Shown here: positions 50,900 through 64,000 of the stretch, in pieces
Position numbering within the stretch: the first letter of the stretch is position 1
Layout: each line of letters begins with the position of its first letter
From: Octopus vulgaris
Lineage: Eukaryota
DNA length: 64,000 nt
NCBI GenBank assembly: GCA_951406725.2
Contig: OX597824.1
Span: 84,630,001-84,694,000, forward strand
Reading direction: 5' to 3'
Program-made: the position numbers and the translations under genes
The notes under the pieces: generated by a model
What the model was told of the DNA's origin: nothing
Seen by the model: only the letters and a program-made list of their open reading frames with translations
Databases searched by the model: none

Positions 50900-52600
50900 C
50901 AAGCACCATCATTTTTATCTAATTTCCCACACTTACTGAGGTAAGGTGGGTCCTATGTAGCACAGAGTATTTCACCACAGGCTGAGGTCCTTTGTCATCT
51001 CTTTTCATAAAAGTTCAACCCCTTGAGATCAGTCTTCATTATGTTTTTCTATTCTTTTTTCTCCCTCTCCCATAGATTCATCCAATGGAGTGTTCAATGC
51101 ATCTTTACATTAACTCATACATGTATAGTCTTCTTTCTTGCATACCACATCTGGTTACTCTTATATTCAGTTTTTGTTTTTTTGTTTTTTTTTTCTTGGC
51201 TCATTGTGTGTTTTGCCATTCATGAACACAAATATTACACATCGTGCTACACATGTTCATATCATTTCCTTTCAACCTTTGCAAATCTTGTGTATTCAAG
51301 GCCCACATTTTACTACTATCCAGCATTACACTTTGTACACAAGCATTGTAAATTTTGAGAGGGAAATCTTTTGTCACCAATAGTGATAAAAACTCCCTGA
51401 ACTTATACTAGCAACTATACTTTTGGAACAACCTCTCCACTACTAATAAAGTTAGCTAGGTAAGAAAAGCTATTGTTTACTTCAAAGAAGCCTTTCATGC
51501 ATTTGAAAGAATTTATTTCACATGTTCTATTGTTGCTAGCTACCCTAGTGCCATATATGAAGTATGCCTTCTCAATCAGCCAGTCTGTGATCTCACTACA
51601 CTTCTTGTGCATTCAGGTTTTGGAATTCTTCTTTAATAAATCTTTGATTGATTAAACTATGAGAACTAGGTCATTGACATATAGGAGTTCCAACAGACAA
51701 CCAGTCTTAAAATTATTTGTTGTGGCCAAGAGGATTAAAATAGACAGAGGTGGGCTGAGGAATGACACCTAATATACACTGGCCTGCAACAATTAGATTC
51801 CTTGCTTAATTCTGTAACACTACCTCTGTACACAGCTTAGACAACTCTCACAATCTAATCATCAATTCCTAGTTTCTTAGAATTTTTGTAGTTGTCTCAC
51901 TTGAAAGAAGATATCAGTGATACTCTGTCTTGGCATAAATCTGAATTGCATCTTGTCTGGATTAATTCTGTTCCTAATCAGATGTGCTATAAAGCTTTCA
52001 GTAACTTTCAAATCTTGGTCATCAATTTAATTAATACCTCTGTAATTCTCTCTCTCTCTCGAGCATCTTTCTGGCCCTAAAAGCAGCTAATGTTGATACT
52101 GTTATGTCAGTCATTGAGTATAGCACCTTCCTTATTCTACATAGTTGAGTATGCAAGTGACTAGTGTATTGACCTATTTTGCTAGATATTTTGCAAAACT
52201 CTTACTTCCAGCTGCTCTCTTTACTGAGTTGTTTAAATCCCACCACCAGAGTCTACTTTGCTTTCACCCACAAAGTATCAGTCAAATACTTGGGATCAAT
52301 GTAATCAATTACACTCTCCCACAAATTCGAGACCTTGGGCCTATGTCAGAAATCAATGCATAGAGTCACTTTCCTATTGCTTTTGTGCCTAACAGCACTA
52401 TTTTGGAAACTATGGTCAATGCCAAGAGCCTTGGAATGGTAATTCTGTTTTGGTCCCATTCTATTTCAATATAATCTAGAGCACCAATTATTATTAAGGC
52501 TATACTCTCATTCCCACATCTAATTTATTTCAATTTTTTTTCTTATCTATTTATAGATATTTTCATTAAAAAAAATCCTGAGAGTTGTTCTTTGTCTTTG
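50900..52600 (-). mobile_element. Highly decayed LINE (probably RTE) RT/C-terminal remnant
   Basis: EKAYFIYGTRV...CEINSFKCMKG loosely resembles the RTE ..LLYG.E.W...EM motif; no intact frame. Confidence 0.3.
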
Positions 52601-53328
52601 ATTATTAATATCTGGAGATTTACCTAAACTCCTTCATAAATTTGTATTATATGCACATTCCATTGTTGTAACTGCAATTTGGCACATATTTATGACATTT
52701 TCAGTTTTGATTTCAATGTGTTGGCACACTGTCCAGTGAATACAACTTATCCACTTAAACATGCTTGTAAATACATTCTATTTTTGCCAAAACTAGAAAG
52801 CCAGCTGTAACATGGTCTATTGCTTTTTCATATTAACTACATAACCTCTAACTTTATTTTGTTCTCATTGTTCAAGGAGGCCAGCCATATAATTTGCAGC
52901 TAGTATCTCCCATTTAGTCTAGAGCTTTTATAGTATCGTTCATAACATACATACTTCTTACCTTAATAGTCAAGCCGAGTGCTGAGCAGACAGGCTTTTA
53001 TTCTCAAATTTGCTTCAGTATATATTGGAGTCCCTCTTTCAATTTTTGCTTTTCTCCTCACTGAAACTTTACCTACACCCATTTTTTTTTTTTTTCTAGT
53101 GTTCATGTTTTGTATCTAACTCTTTTCTCTACACATTGAGAAAAGTATTAGTTTCACTTTATGCATATTGACTTATTATTCTAATTGATGTAACTTTATT
53201 CTGGGCCTTTCATAATTACAGGAAGATAATTTTCTGTTTATATGTTACTACATTCATACTTTTCCCAGGGAATTACTAGAGCAAAATGACTAACAACAAG
53301 AAGGGAATTCCATGAGAAAAAAAAAATG

Positions 53329-53387
<59 letters not shown>

Positions 53388-55604
53388 AAGGTATTTTACT
53401 TCTAGTAATACCATTTTTGTTTTTAATGGCTTAATTAGAGGAGGATGGCCTTTGAGACTGGTGGAGGAAAGAGAGGAACTCCTTTTGTTAAATCTTATAA
53501 TTCTCTTGCATTGCACGACAGAAGGCTAAAACACAATAATACGGGTTTGGTAATATTAATTCTCATGATTACAATATAGGCAGAGAAATAAACTACAAGC
53601 TCTTAATTTGATTTCTACTATGAGAATTGTTAGTCTAATATAGAATTTAGAATTTTATTATATACATTACAGAATAAATTTACACACACATACACACAAG
53701 AAATATGAAAGAAGAACTGAAATAAACATTAATACAAACTGACATACTACTTTTGTTATAAAATAACCAAAAACTTAAACAGAATACTTTAGTATCAATT
53801 ACTCTAGAAATACACAGACACATCCTTGACTCACGTTCACACATTTTTCCTAGACAAAAACTGTCTTCAAAAATAATTTGAAAAAATCTCTTTGATGAAT
53901 AAATATTTACAGTATAAAAATTTAATAAGGGAAAAACATATACAACCATATGTGCAGACACAGAGTAACTGAAAGAAAATTAAGATATATAAATTGATAT
54001 AAGACTAAAATAGAAGGTTGACATAAAGAGTCATAAAAGAGTTGACATAAAGCATAACTGATAGATTGGAGGGAAAAAAAAGAAAGCAAATCAAAAAAGT
54101 TCTTATTCTGAGAAAGACCTCCTTGTTAAAATGTTAGAAACAAGATCTAAAGAGGAAAAAAAACCTATTAGTCTGTAGATTAGAATGTAAAAAAAGTACA
54201 TCAGTCAAATTAATTGTTAGATTATTGGACTACTGTACACAGTGTCAACAGCTTGCATCTCATCAATGATGCTGCACTGTGCTTCTGACAAAGACACTTG
54301 TTAATGGTCTTGGGACAGTGCATATTAACATTTTAAATGAAAATTAAAAATAAAGCTAAATATAATTGTTGTGGTATCTAAATATCTGAGATGACTTATT
54401 TTTAATGCAATTATAATTTTTCAGACTTTTAATTAACCTCTTATGCAGAAATGAAAAAAGTTAATATTTATATCTGCACCAAGTTTCAATTTGTTTGGTC
54501 ATCAGATGTCTTAAACCAGGATGTACTGGAACCTTTATTTCTAAACTTAAGGGTGGTCTTGTTCTTATTCACAGATGCATTTTATAAATTTATTTACAAA
54601 TACAAAAATATTTAATAAATGATGAAAGTATTTTGTGCTCATGACACTCTGAGTTGAAAGCTTCAATAAGCTCCAATACACATCACATACTATGCAAGAT
54701 ACTTCAAATGAGAAATTAATATACATAAGAATCTGTTATGAAGAGTCTAGTTGAAACAAGTTCAATAAATATTCCCTGCACTAAAACATTTATTTATTTA
54801 TTTTTTTTTAGTAAAAAGTAAGATACTGAGCTTTAATCATACGAAAATGTGCCAGTTCAAATCTTACTAACTGTGAAAATTTCCTTTCTGATGTAATAAT
54901 AATTTGTGAAAAAAGAAGAAAAAACACCCAGTTAATTGTAGGAAATCATTTGTTACTACATAAAGTAGATGGTGTTGTGATGCTTATTTTGTATATTCTT
55001 TTATTTTTTTTTTAAGATGGTGGAATTTGATGGAGAGAGATTTGTATAGAAGTTCCCTTCATCAGGCCATTTACTGTCTAAAAAAAACACATTACATAAG
55101 GTAGTCATTGAAAAAAGACAGGATGGTCATAACTGGAATATTTTTTGATCATATGCCTGTTGGAACAGAGGTAATACAGTCCAAGATCAAACAACATTAA
55201 GAATACTTTACATTTGCATAAAAATCAAACAGCACACACACATACATAATTACATGAAAAATACAAAAAAACTGAGCAAGAGGAATAACTCAAATAAGCT
55301 AATGGGTGTTATGAATTAAGATGAAACAAGCAGGTGTCAATGTACTGGATGACCTAAGCAAAAAATTCTTAATGAATTGAAATTTCCCTCTCAGAGAAAA
55401 GAATAATATAACTAGCAGATTACAATGAAAAAGAGATTTATTTTAAGAAATTAATAATTAATTTAAGAAAAAATCTCCTACTGAAGGGGAAAATCTGATT
55501 TTTGTTAGCAGGGATGGTGACAACAACAGACATGTTTTAATCTTACTGAACCTTATCAATGCAGCACAGCTCAAAGCTGAGAAGCTGCAATGATTTTTGG
55601 TCAG

Positions 55605-55838
55605 TAAAAAAGCACCAACCTATCGTGGCTGTTGCCAGCCTTGCCTGGCACTTGTGCCGGTGGCACATAAAAAGCACTTACTACACTCACGGAGTGGTTG
55701 GCGTTAGGAAGGGCATCCAGCTGTAGAAACACTGCCAGATCAGACTGGAGCCTGGTGCAGCCTTCTGGCTTCCCAGATCCTGGTCGAACCGTCCAACCCA
55801 TGCTAGCATGGAAAGCGGACGTTAAACGATGATGATCA
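55605..55838 (+). mobile_element. SINE family C
   Basis: Homology to other copies; (GAT)n tail. Confidence 0.82.
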
Positions 55839-56674
55839 TGAACAAAATTGAGTAGAAGGAAATGACTCAAATAAGCTAATGACTTGGTTAAGCTAGATCA
55901 ATTGGTTGTTGGAATTCTAATTGACATATCATCTGGCACGGGCTGCATGGTTTGACAGGATCCAATGGGCTCAAGGACTGCATCATGCTCTAGTGTCTAC
56001 CTGGCACAGTTTCTATGGCTGGATGCCCTTCATGGTACCAATCATTTTACAGCACTTGCCGGGTGCCTTTTTCATTCCACTGGCATTAGTGAAATTACTG
56101 TGCAGCTCACAAGACTACAACACCTAAGGTGATGGGGGGTGAGGGTGAGGGCAGCTTTATGTTTGGAGATGAGGGGAGAGGAGGATGAACAGGTTCTTGT
56201 AGAGGAGTTAAACCTGCTCAGTAGGAAGCACAAAGAGATAAGTATAGAAAATGGTGATGAGATGTCCAGATGGCTCCTCAAAGGGAGTAGAAGCAAGTGG
56301 GGACAGAGGAACTACGAGTGTGGGTGGGTGAAGGGCTTCTTTCAGTTTCTGTCTACCAAATCCACTCACAAGGCTTTGGTCAGCCCAAGACTATAGCAGA
56401 AGACACTTGCCCAAGGTGCCACACAGTGAGACTGAACCCAGAACCATGTGGTGGTAAGCAAGCTACTTACCACACAGCCATTCACAAATACAATATTTAT
56501 CATGGGAAATTATTTTATATGTAATAGAGTTAAATGATGACGTGTAATTTCTAGAATGTATTTGTTGCAGTTAAGTGCACGAAAGTGTATGTATGAAAGA
56601 GGGAGAGAAAGATGGAGAGGTTTATGTATACATGTGTGCATGCGCATATGAAAATTTACACACACACACATAAC

Positions 56675-56880
56675 TGTTTTATGTTCAGTTATAATAAAAA
56701 ACAATTTTACATGAATCTGAAGGATTATTCCATACTTTTGTATAGTACAAATTTATTTGTTTTCAACAAAAACAGTACTGACCAGTGACTTTGAAGTTAA
56801 GCCATCATCACAGTCCGATGATGGCTTAGCTGGCTGAAGCTTCAAAGTCACTTTCAATACTATTCTGGTTAATGAATAAT
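56675..56880. mobile_element. Penelope-like remnant with inverted, degenerate hammerhead-bearing repeats
   Basis: GTGACTTTGAAGTTAAGCCATCATC (56785-56809) is inverted relative to GATGATGGCTTAGCTGGCTGAAGCTTCAAAGTCAC (56817-56851). Confidence 0.55.
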
Positions 56881-56886
56881 ACTAGT

Positions 56887-57180
56887 GGAGGTGCAATGGC
56901 CCAGTGGATAGGGCAGCAGACTCGCGGTCGGAGAATCGTGGTTTCAATTCCCAGACCAGGCGTTGTGTGTGTTTATTGAGCGAAAACACCTAAAGCTCCA
57001 CAAGGATCCGGCAAGGGGTGGTGGCAACCCCTGTTGTACACTTTCGCCACAACTTTCTCTCACTCTCTCTTCCTGTTTCTTGTGTAACGCTGTGATGGAC
57101 TGGCATCCTGTCCAGCTGGGGGAACACATACGCCACAGAAACTGGGCCTATGAGCCTGGCTAGGCTTGAAAAGGGCGACG
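56887..57180 (+). mobile_element. SINE family D
   Basis: Homologous to 9133 and 17764. Confidence 0.8.
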
Positions 57181-58430
57181 TTTATCGTTTAATGAATAAT
57201 ACACACACACATATTAACTAGAAGTACACTAAGCAGTGTTTAATGAAATAGAGTTACGTACATTCATATTTAACATGTTGGTGTACATTCAGACATGAAA
57301 AGACAACACACTGCACAAGTTGTCTCAAGAGAAGAAATTCACCTCATAGGACAATATGGGTGTAAACACACCACCACGCCAAGATTGGGATTTGATTCAA
57401 AGCCAGGGAATTATGAATCATCGGGGCACATGTATAGTCATGTAGTTAAAAAGCTCACTTCACAATCAAGTGGTTCTATGATCACACAGCACAGCTCTTT
57501 GGACAAATATCTTTGATTATAGCCTTGAGTTGATCCGATACTTGTGACTGAAACCGGGTCAACAGAAACTGTGTGGAAACCTGTGAAATAGACTGTACTT
57601 GTTATTGGATAGCAGAATCAACTTGTCATCTGGTTTCTTTAGTACTTTTAACATAGCTCACTCAGTCAAACATTCAAACCAAGGCTTTGTTTTGAGAATA
57701 TCAAGACCTTCCTCTTTTTCTCGCACTAGCTTCAGAGGTTTTATTAAAAGGCCATGCGTGGTGACCTTCCTCTGCTCTTCTAAGCCATAAAAGTAGAATA
57801 ACAATTAAGCAGGATCACAGACAGTTGTTCAAGCTACTATCATTTGGCTACTTAGTTCAAAGGAACACAAATTAAGAAAGTTAAAAAAACCAAATCTGCC
57901 AGAGTTCAGCAATTGCAACCCTCCATAATTATAAAGTTAGGATTAACACGCTGTGTAGCAAATGAGAAAACTTTAATTAATCAGAACTCTTCCCTGGTGT
58001 AAGGAGAAGAGAATCTTGGTTAATTAAAGTTTTCTTCCTTACTACCTCAAGTGCGCTAGTTCTATCTTAAACAATTGGATGCTTAAGCACGTAAATTCAC
58101 CTGCTCATAATAATATAGTTGTTTTAGTGGTCAATTAACATTAGACCTCATTGAGCAAACCTATCATCAAGACATTCCAGTCATGACCATTAATCTTTAT
58201 ATATATCTATATATATATATATATATATATATATAATGTATATATATAATGTATATATATATATAGGTATATGTATGTATATAGGTATATGTGTATATAC
58301 ATACATACCTATATACATACATATATATATATATATACTTACATACATATATATACCTACATATACCTACATACATACATACATATATATACACACACAT
58401 ACATACATACATATACACACATACCTATAT

Positions 58431-58467
<37 letters not shown>

Positions 58468-58502
58468 ATCACCTGTTATGTTCCTGTCCCATTTTATGTT
58501 TT

Positions 58503-58531
<29 letters not shown>

Positions 58532-58533
<2 letters not shown>

Positions 58534-58735
58534 CTCTTTTACTTGTTTCAGTCATTTGACTGCAGCCATGCTGGAGCACTGCCTCTAGTCAAGGAAATCG
58601 ACCCCAGAATTTATTCTTTGTAAGCCTAGTACTTATTCTATCGGTCTCTTTTGCTGAACCGCTAAGTGACGGGGACATAAACACACCAGCATCAGTTGTC
58701 AAGCGATGTTGGGGGGACAAACATATACACACACA
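58532..58735 (-). mobile_element. SINE family B 3' half
   Basis: Homology to other copies. Confidence 0.82.
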
Positions 58736-59246
58736 TGCAACAACAAAACATTCAGGCAGTTAGATGATACAAAGGACAGGAAAAAACAAGAACAGGTCAT
58801 TCAGAGCTTTCTATCATCAGTCGAGTTCCAGATCGTTCCTGCAGTTTCAGCCAGGTACACTTGAGACTGCTCCAATCTGGCAAGCCCCAAGAAAATCTAA
58901 CCTCAGAGCACTAGATTCTTTGGAAGAAAGCAAGCAAATGTATACGAAAACAAGGATGAGAAAAATGGAGAAATGGTACACAATTACAAATACAAACAAC
59001 AGGACATTAACAACAGTTGTCTTTCGACAAAGGACAAATTAAATTAAGCTGGCATATGTGGAGTGAAGCCTAACAGCAGGAACATAAGAGATGCTGAACG
59101 GATGGAAGTCAAACCAGACAGAAAGGTCAGGCTTGGCGGAACACCAGTCACGTGGAAGGAGAGGAGAGAGGTAAAGGGCAGAAAGATTGAAGAAATAGGG
59201 AGGGATGAGCAAGAGAGAAAAAGAAACCTATAAACATACATACGTT

Positions 59247-59277
<31 letters not shown>

Positions 59278-59596
59278 CTTTTACTTGTTTCAGTCATTTG
59301 ACTGCGGCCATGCTGGAGCACTGCCTTTAGTCGATTTCTCTAATTTTGTCATAGATTGGCTGACCAAAAACTCTAAGATTTTTCAATTCTATTTTATTAT
59401 TATCGACATTTGCTGTTTCGTTAAATTATGCTACCCAAATCCCAATCCCAAAAGAATATTTTGCTCCCTCGTGTTCTGACTACCCTAACTCTGATACCCC
59501 ACCCTCTCTGCCTCACTCTCTCTTTGTCTGTCTGTCTGTCTCTCTCTCTGCCTCACTCTGTCTGTCTGTCTCACACTCTCTCTCTTCCGATTACCA

Positions 59597-60610
59597 CTGC
59601 AATGAGGAGGGAACCAGGCTGCTGGAGTTCTGCAATGTAAATGATCTTATGTTTTGCAACACTAACTTCAGGATCTCTTCCAGTTACCTAGTCACCTACC
59701 GTTCTGGCAGACACACTAGCCAAATTGACTACATCCTCGCCAGAAAAAGGGAAAGATGGCTGCTTATAAATGCCAAAACCTTCCCAAGCGAAGAACATAC
59801 TCCTCAACATAGACTGGTAGTTAGCGACTTCAGGATCAGGGCTAAATGGATGCCCAGAAGACGACCAGCATGGAGGAGAAGGGTCTGGAAGCTTAAGGTC
59901 CTGCGAATGGACAGAGATTTAGAGACGTATTACTCAAAGCGTTTGACAAGATAGAAGGGGATATAGCTTCACACGATGTGGAAGACAACTGGAGGTTTCT
60001 ACAGGACAACCTGCTGAGGACCATTGACCAGATCTGTGCAAAGTCCCCTCTTGACCCAAAATAACATGGTGGTGGAACAATGTTGTTGACAGGGCTATTA
60101 GAGAAAAGAAACAGGCTTGAAAGGACTGGAAGAATGGTGGTAGCAGGGAATTGTATCAGACAGCCAGAAGGGAAGCTAGGAGACAGGTTTATTTAGCCAG
60201 AGGGGAAGCAGATAACAAAATATTTGCCAATGATCTGCACTGTGAAGACCAAAGACTTGAGATATTTTGTGTTGCAAGACAGTGTGTGAGAAAGAATCAT
60301 GATGTCGTAGGATAGAAATGTGTCCGCATGCATGATGGTTCACTTGCACTAAATGAGACTGCAAAGAGAGAGGTTTGGAGACGCCACTATAAAAGGTTGC
60401 TCAATAAAGAGAATGAATGGGAGAAAGAGAGTCTGCTGAATGTCGACCCAACAGAGAGACCAGCTATCTAAATTGACAGTGCCTTGGTAGATAAAGCAAT
60501 TAAGAGTATGAAGACAGGGAAAGCCCCCGGCCCATCAGGAATCACCACAGAGATGCTCAAAATATCTGGCGGCGTCAGCTGTAGCCTCATCACCCATATA
60601 GTTAACCAAA
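59597..60610 (+). mobile_element. Decayed RTE-clade LINE: AP-endonuclease C-terminus through RT N-terminus
   Basis: VTYRSGRHTSQIDYILARK...QHRLVVSDF, WWNNVVDRAIREKK, AIKSMKTGKAPGPSGITTEMLK; stops and frameshifts. Confidence 0.85.
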
Positions 60611-60699
60611 TTACTGACAGAAAGAAGTTCCCAATTACTGACGAAAGTAATTTCATACATAATGTACTGACAGAAGTAACTTCATAAATTTAATATACA

Positions 60700-60998
60700 C
60701 ATACATATAGTTACATATATACACACACACATATGTATATATACACACACATATATATATATATACATATATACATATACATACACATATATACATAAAC
60801 ATATATATACATATACTTACATATATACATAAACATATATATACATATACTTACATATATACATATACATATACTTACATATATACATATATACATATAC
60901 ATACATATATACATATACATATATATATATATACATACATATATACATATACATATATATATATACTTACATATATACATATACATACATATACTTAC

Positions 60999-61067
<69 letters not shown>

Positions 61068-61266
61068 CATATACACATACACATATATACATACACATAT
61101 ATACATACACATATATATACATAAACATATATATACATATACATACATATATATACATATATATATACATACATATATATACATATATACATATACATAC
61201 ATACATATACATATATACATATACATACATATATATACATATATACATATACATACATATATATAC

Positions 61267-61299
<33 letters not shown>

Positions 61300-61367
61300 C
61301 ATATATATATATATACATACATATATATACATATATATATATATATACATACATATATATACATATA

Positions 61368-61405
<38 letters not shown>

Positions 61406-61666
61406 CATATATATATATATATACATACATATATATACATATATATATATATACATACATATATATATATATATATATACATACATATATATCATATATA
61501 TATATATAATACATATATATACATATATATATATACATATATATATATACATACATATATATACATATATATATATATATACATACATATATAACATATA
61601 TATATATATATATACATACATATATATACATATATATATATATATATACATATATATATACATATA

Positions 61667-61706
<40 letters not shown>

Positions 61707-62050
61707 ATACATATATAATATATATATATATAAAACATACATATATATACATATATACACACATATATATATACATGTATATATATATATATACACATGT
61801 ATATATATTATTTCGTGATGTGCAAACTGATACCATGAGTTTACTTTCAGATATACTCATTAGGCTATTTTTGCATTATCTGAAATAGAATACCCGCATA
61901 TCGATTAAACCCCCAAAATTGAATTAGTATACACACACACATAAATATATATATATACATATATATATACACACATATATAAATATACATATATACACAT
62001 ACATATGTATATATACACACGTATACATATACATATATACATACATACAT

Positions 62051-62082
<32 letters not shown>

Positions 62083-62328
62083 ATACATATATATATATAT
62101 GCACATACATACATATATATATATATGCACATACATACATATATATATATATGCACATACATACATATATATATATATATGCACATACATACATATATAT
62201 ATATATGCACATACATACATATATATATATATGCACATACATACATATATATATATATGCACATACATATATATATATATGCACATACATATATATATAT
62301 ATGCACATACATATATATATATATATGC

Positions 62329-62373
<45 letters not shown>

Positions 62374-62680
62374 TGCATATATATATATACACACATGCAT
62401 AACTATACACACACACACACATATATATATACACATACACATGTATATATACATACGTATACATATATATACATATATATATACATACATATACATGCAT
62501 ACATATACATATATATATATATATATATACATATATATGCACATACATACATATATACATCTATATACATACATATATATATACACCTATATACATACAT
62601 ACATATACCTATATGCATACATACATATACCTATATGCATACATACATACGTATATATATATAGATACATGTATATATAA
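60700..62680. repeat. ~2-kb (TA)n/(CATA)n degenerate microsatellite tract with a ~120-bp unique spacer (61809-61927)
   Basis: Read directly from sequence. Confidence 0.97.
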
Positions 62681-64000
62681 TAATATGTTTAATGTATCCT
62701 TTTTTAAGGTTTTTGAGCTAGATTTGAGGAAAATCTGACTGTTATTTTCAGCAGGTTGAGCAACCATATAGCAAACCCATTCCATGACTAGCTGTCAATT
62801 TGGTTGTAAGTAAAGCAGGCGGTAGCTGCAAAGTTAATGGTGCTAGTGGTTAAAGTCCAAAGTTAAGTAAATTGTAACAATCATACCCAACAAAATGTAA
62901 TCACTTTGACGAATAACAACCTTCGAGACTTACACCTCTTCATACATTTATAACAAGGCGACAAATGTTAGAGAACATTAATAAAAAAAAAAAAAAAAAA
63001 TTTATTTAGCAGGTATTTATTATTCATGGAGAAACAGGTAAATAATTGCCCCCCCCCCCCCCACCGACCCACCGAACAGATATGAACAAATTTTTTTTTT
63101 CTGCTAGTTTTTAGAATAACAGTGTTTGAAAGTTTAAAAGAGCACAAAATAAAACTATAGTGTAATGTTTAAACTTTTGTTTAGCAGATAAATTTTAATC
63201 AATAACTTTAGCTTGGCAATTAACAGTATGCTTTCAGGTGTGTACACATGTATATGCTTACTGGCATGCACTCATAACCATAAAAGAGTATAGAGGGTAG
63301 CGGGTTCAATTCACTTTTTACCCTTCCTGCTTCTAAGAATAAACCTTGTTTTATACTTGAACGATTAATAAGATATACTAGTAAAATATTCAATTCAAGT
63401 CATTCAACTACTCCTGGAAAAGAAATTGTGTATGCACGCACGTACACACAAGGTATTGAGATAGTTTTCACATATACATGTTTTTGAAACTTGCTCTCAC
63501 ATACAAATAAAAACAACACAAATAAAAGGCACATTAATGACCTATATAGATACTTCCCATTGAAGAGAAAATTATCTGTCAAGTAATACTGGCGACAAGT
63601 GACACAACACTGTGAAGGAATATACACCTACACAAAAGATTGACAGTTATGACCAGCTAATGTGGCGAGGGAAAGCCTCGGCATGGACACTCAACATGTT
63701 AGACATAGCAGCCAAACCGCTGTCAAACCACTGTCTTGAAAAAAAACAAAAAATGGGAAAAACACATTCAACAACATTATGTAATCCTAGTCACCCCTAC
63801 ATGCACACATATAATGACTAAGTCTGGAATGACTGACTATATAGGTTTGTTCAATCAGGGTTGACCTGGGACCAAACAATAGCATCAAATGAAAGTGATT
63901 GAAGGAAGCAATGCTTTATCTAATCTAGAGTAACCTTTCACCTCACAGTCATAATGGGGACAGAGACAGAGTATATATATGTATATATATAAGATGAAAT

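Noticed and set aside
52962-53060. Candidate upstream IP3K exon (CAG...AAG/GTAAG, 99 nt, minus)
   Set aside because: Stop codons in the frame required to join the phase-0 exon at 49734, and no similarity to IP3K.
57599-57790. Possible coding exon on either strand
   Set aside because: The minus-strand frame has an internal stop, splice sites are unconvincing and no domain is recognisable.
58795-58840. CTGATGA-TA-GAAA on the minus strand of repeat family E as a hammerhead
   Set aside because: No stem II between the motifs, no convincing stems I/III, and the other copy (31909-31922) has CTGAGGA.
60711-62680. Long YI/MY/HT-rich ORFs (also 7.4-7.9, 13.9-14.4 and 34.1-34.9 kb, and ER/SL at 10.8-11.2 kb)
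   Set aside because: Translations of microsatellites that lack stop codons.

Overview
AT-rich, microsatellite- and SINE-dense animal genomic DNA. The SINE repertoire suggests an octopus/cephalopod (inference). Two main contents. (1) 1-6.6 kb: a very young, rearranged non-LTR retrotransposon of the restriction-like-endonuclease type, most similar to the HERO clade (N-terminal zinc finger, RT, CCHC, PD-(D/E)xK nuclease). It occurs as an inverted 5' half fused to a forward 3' half, plus a second, near-identical 3'-truncated copy; together they reconstruct an uninterrupted ~1115-aa ORF. Its 3' UTR (3474-3585) can fold into a densely paired RNA containing all three hammerhead-ribozyme core strands (GUC, GAAAC, CUGAUGA) in a non-canonical, pseudoknotted order. 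This is the most interesting signal in the window. (2) 30.0-49.7 kb, minus strand: seven GT-AG exons with compatible phases encoding the catalytic domain of an inositol 1,4,5-trisphosphate 3-kinase; its 5' exons were not identified. The rest is SINEs (at least four families), mariner relics and MITEs, decayed RTE/CR1/R4 LINEs, Penelope-like remnants with degenerate minimal hammerheads, foldback elements and long simple repeats. Most ORF-track entries are microsatellite artefacts. Boundaries of decayed repeats are approximate.
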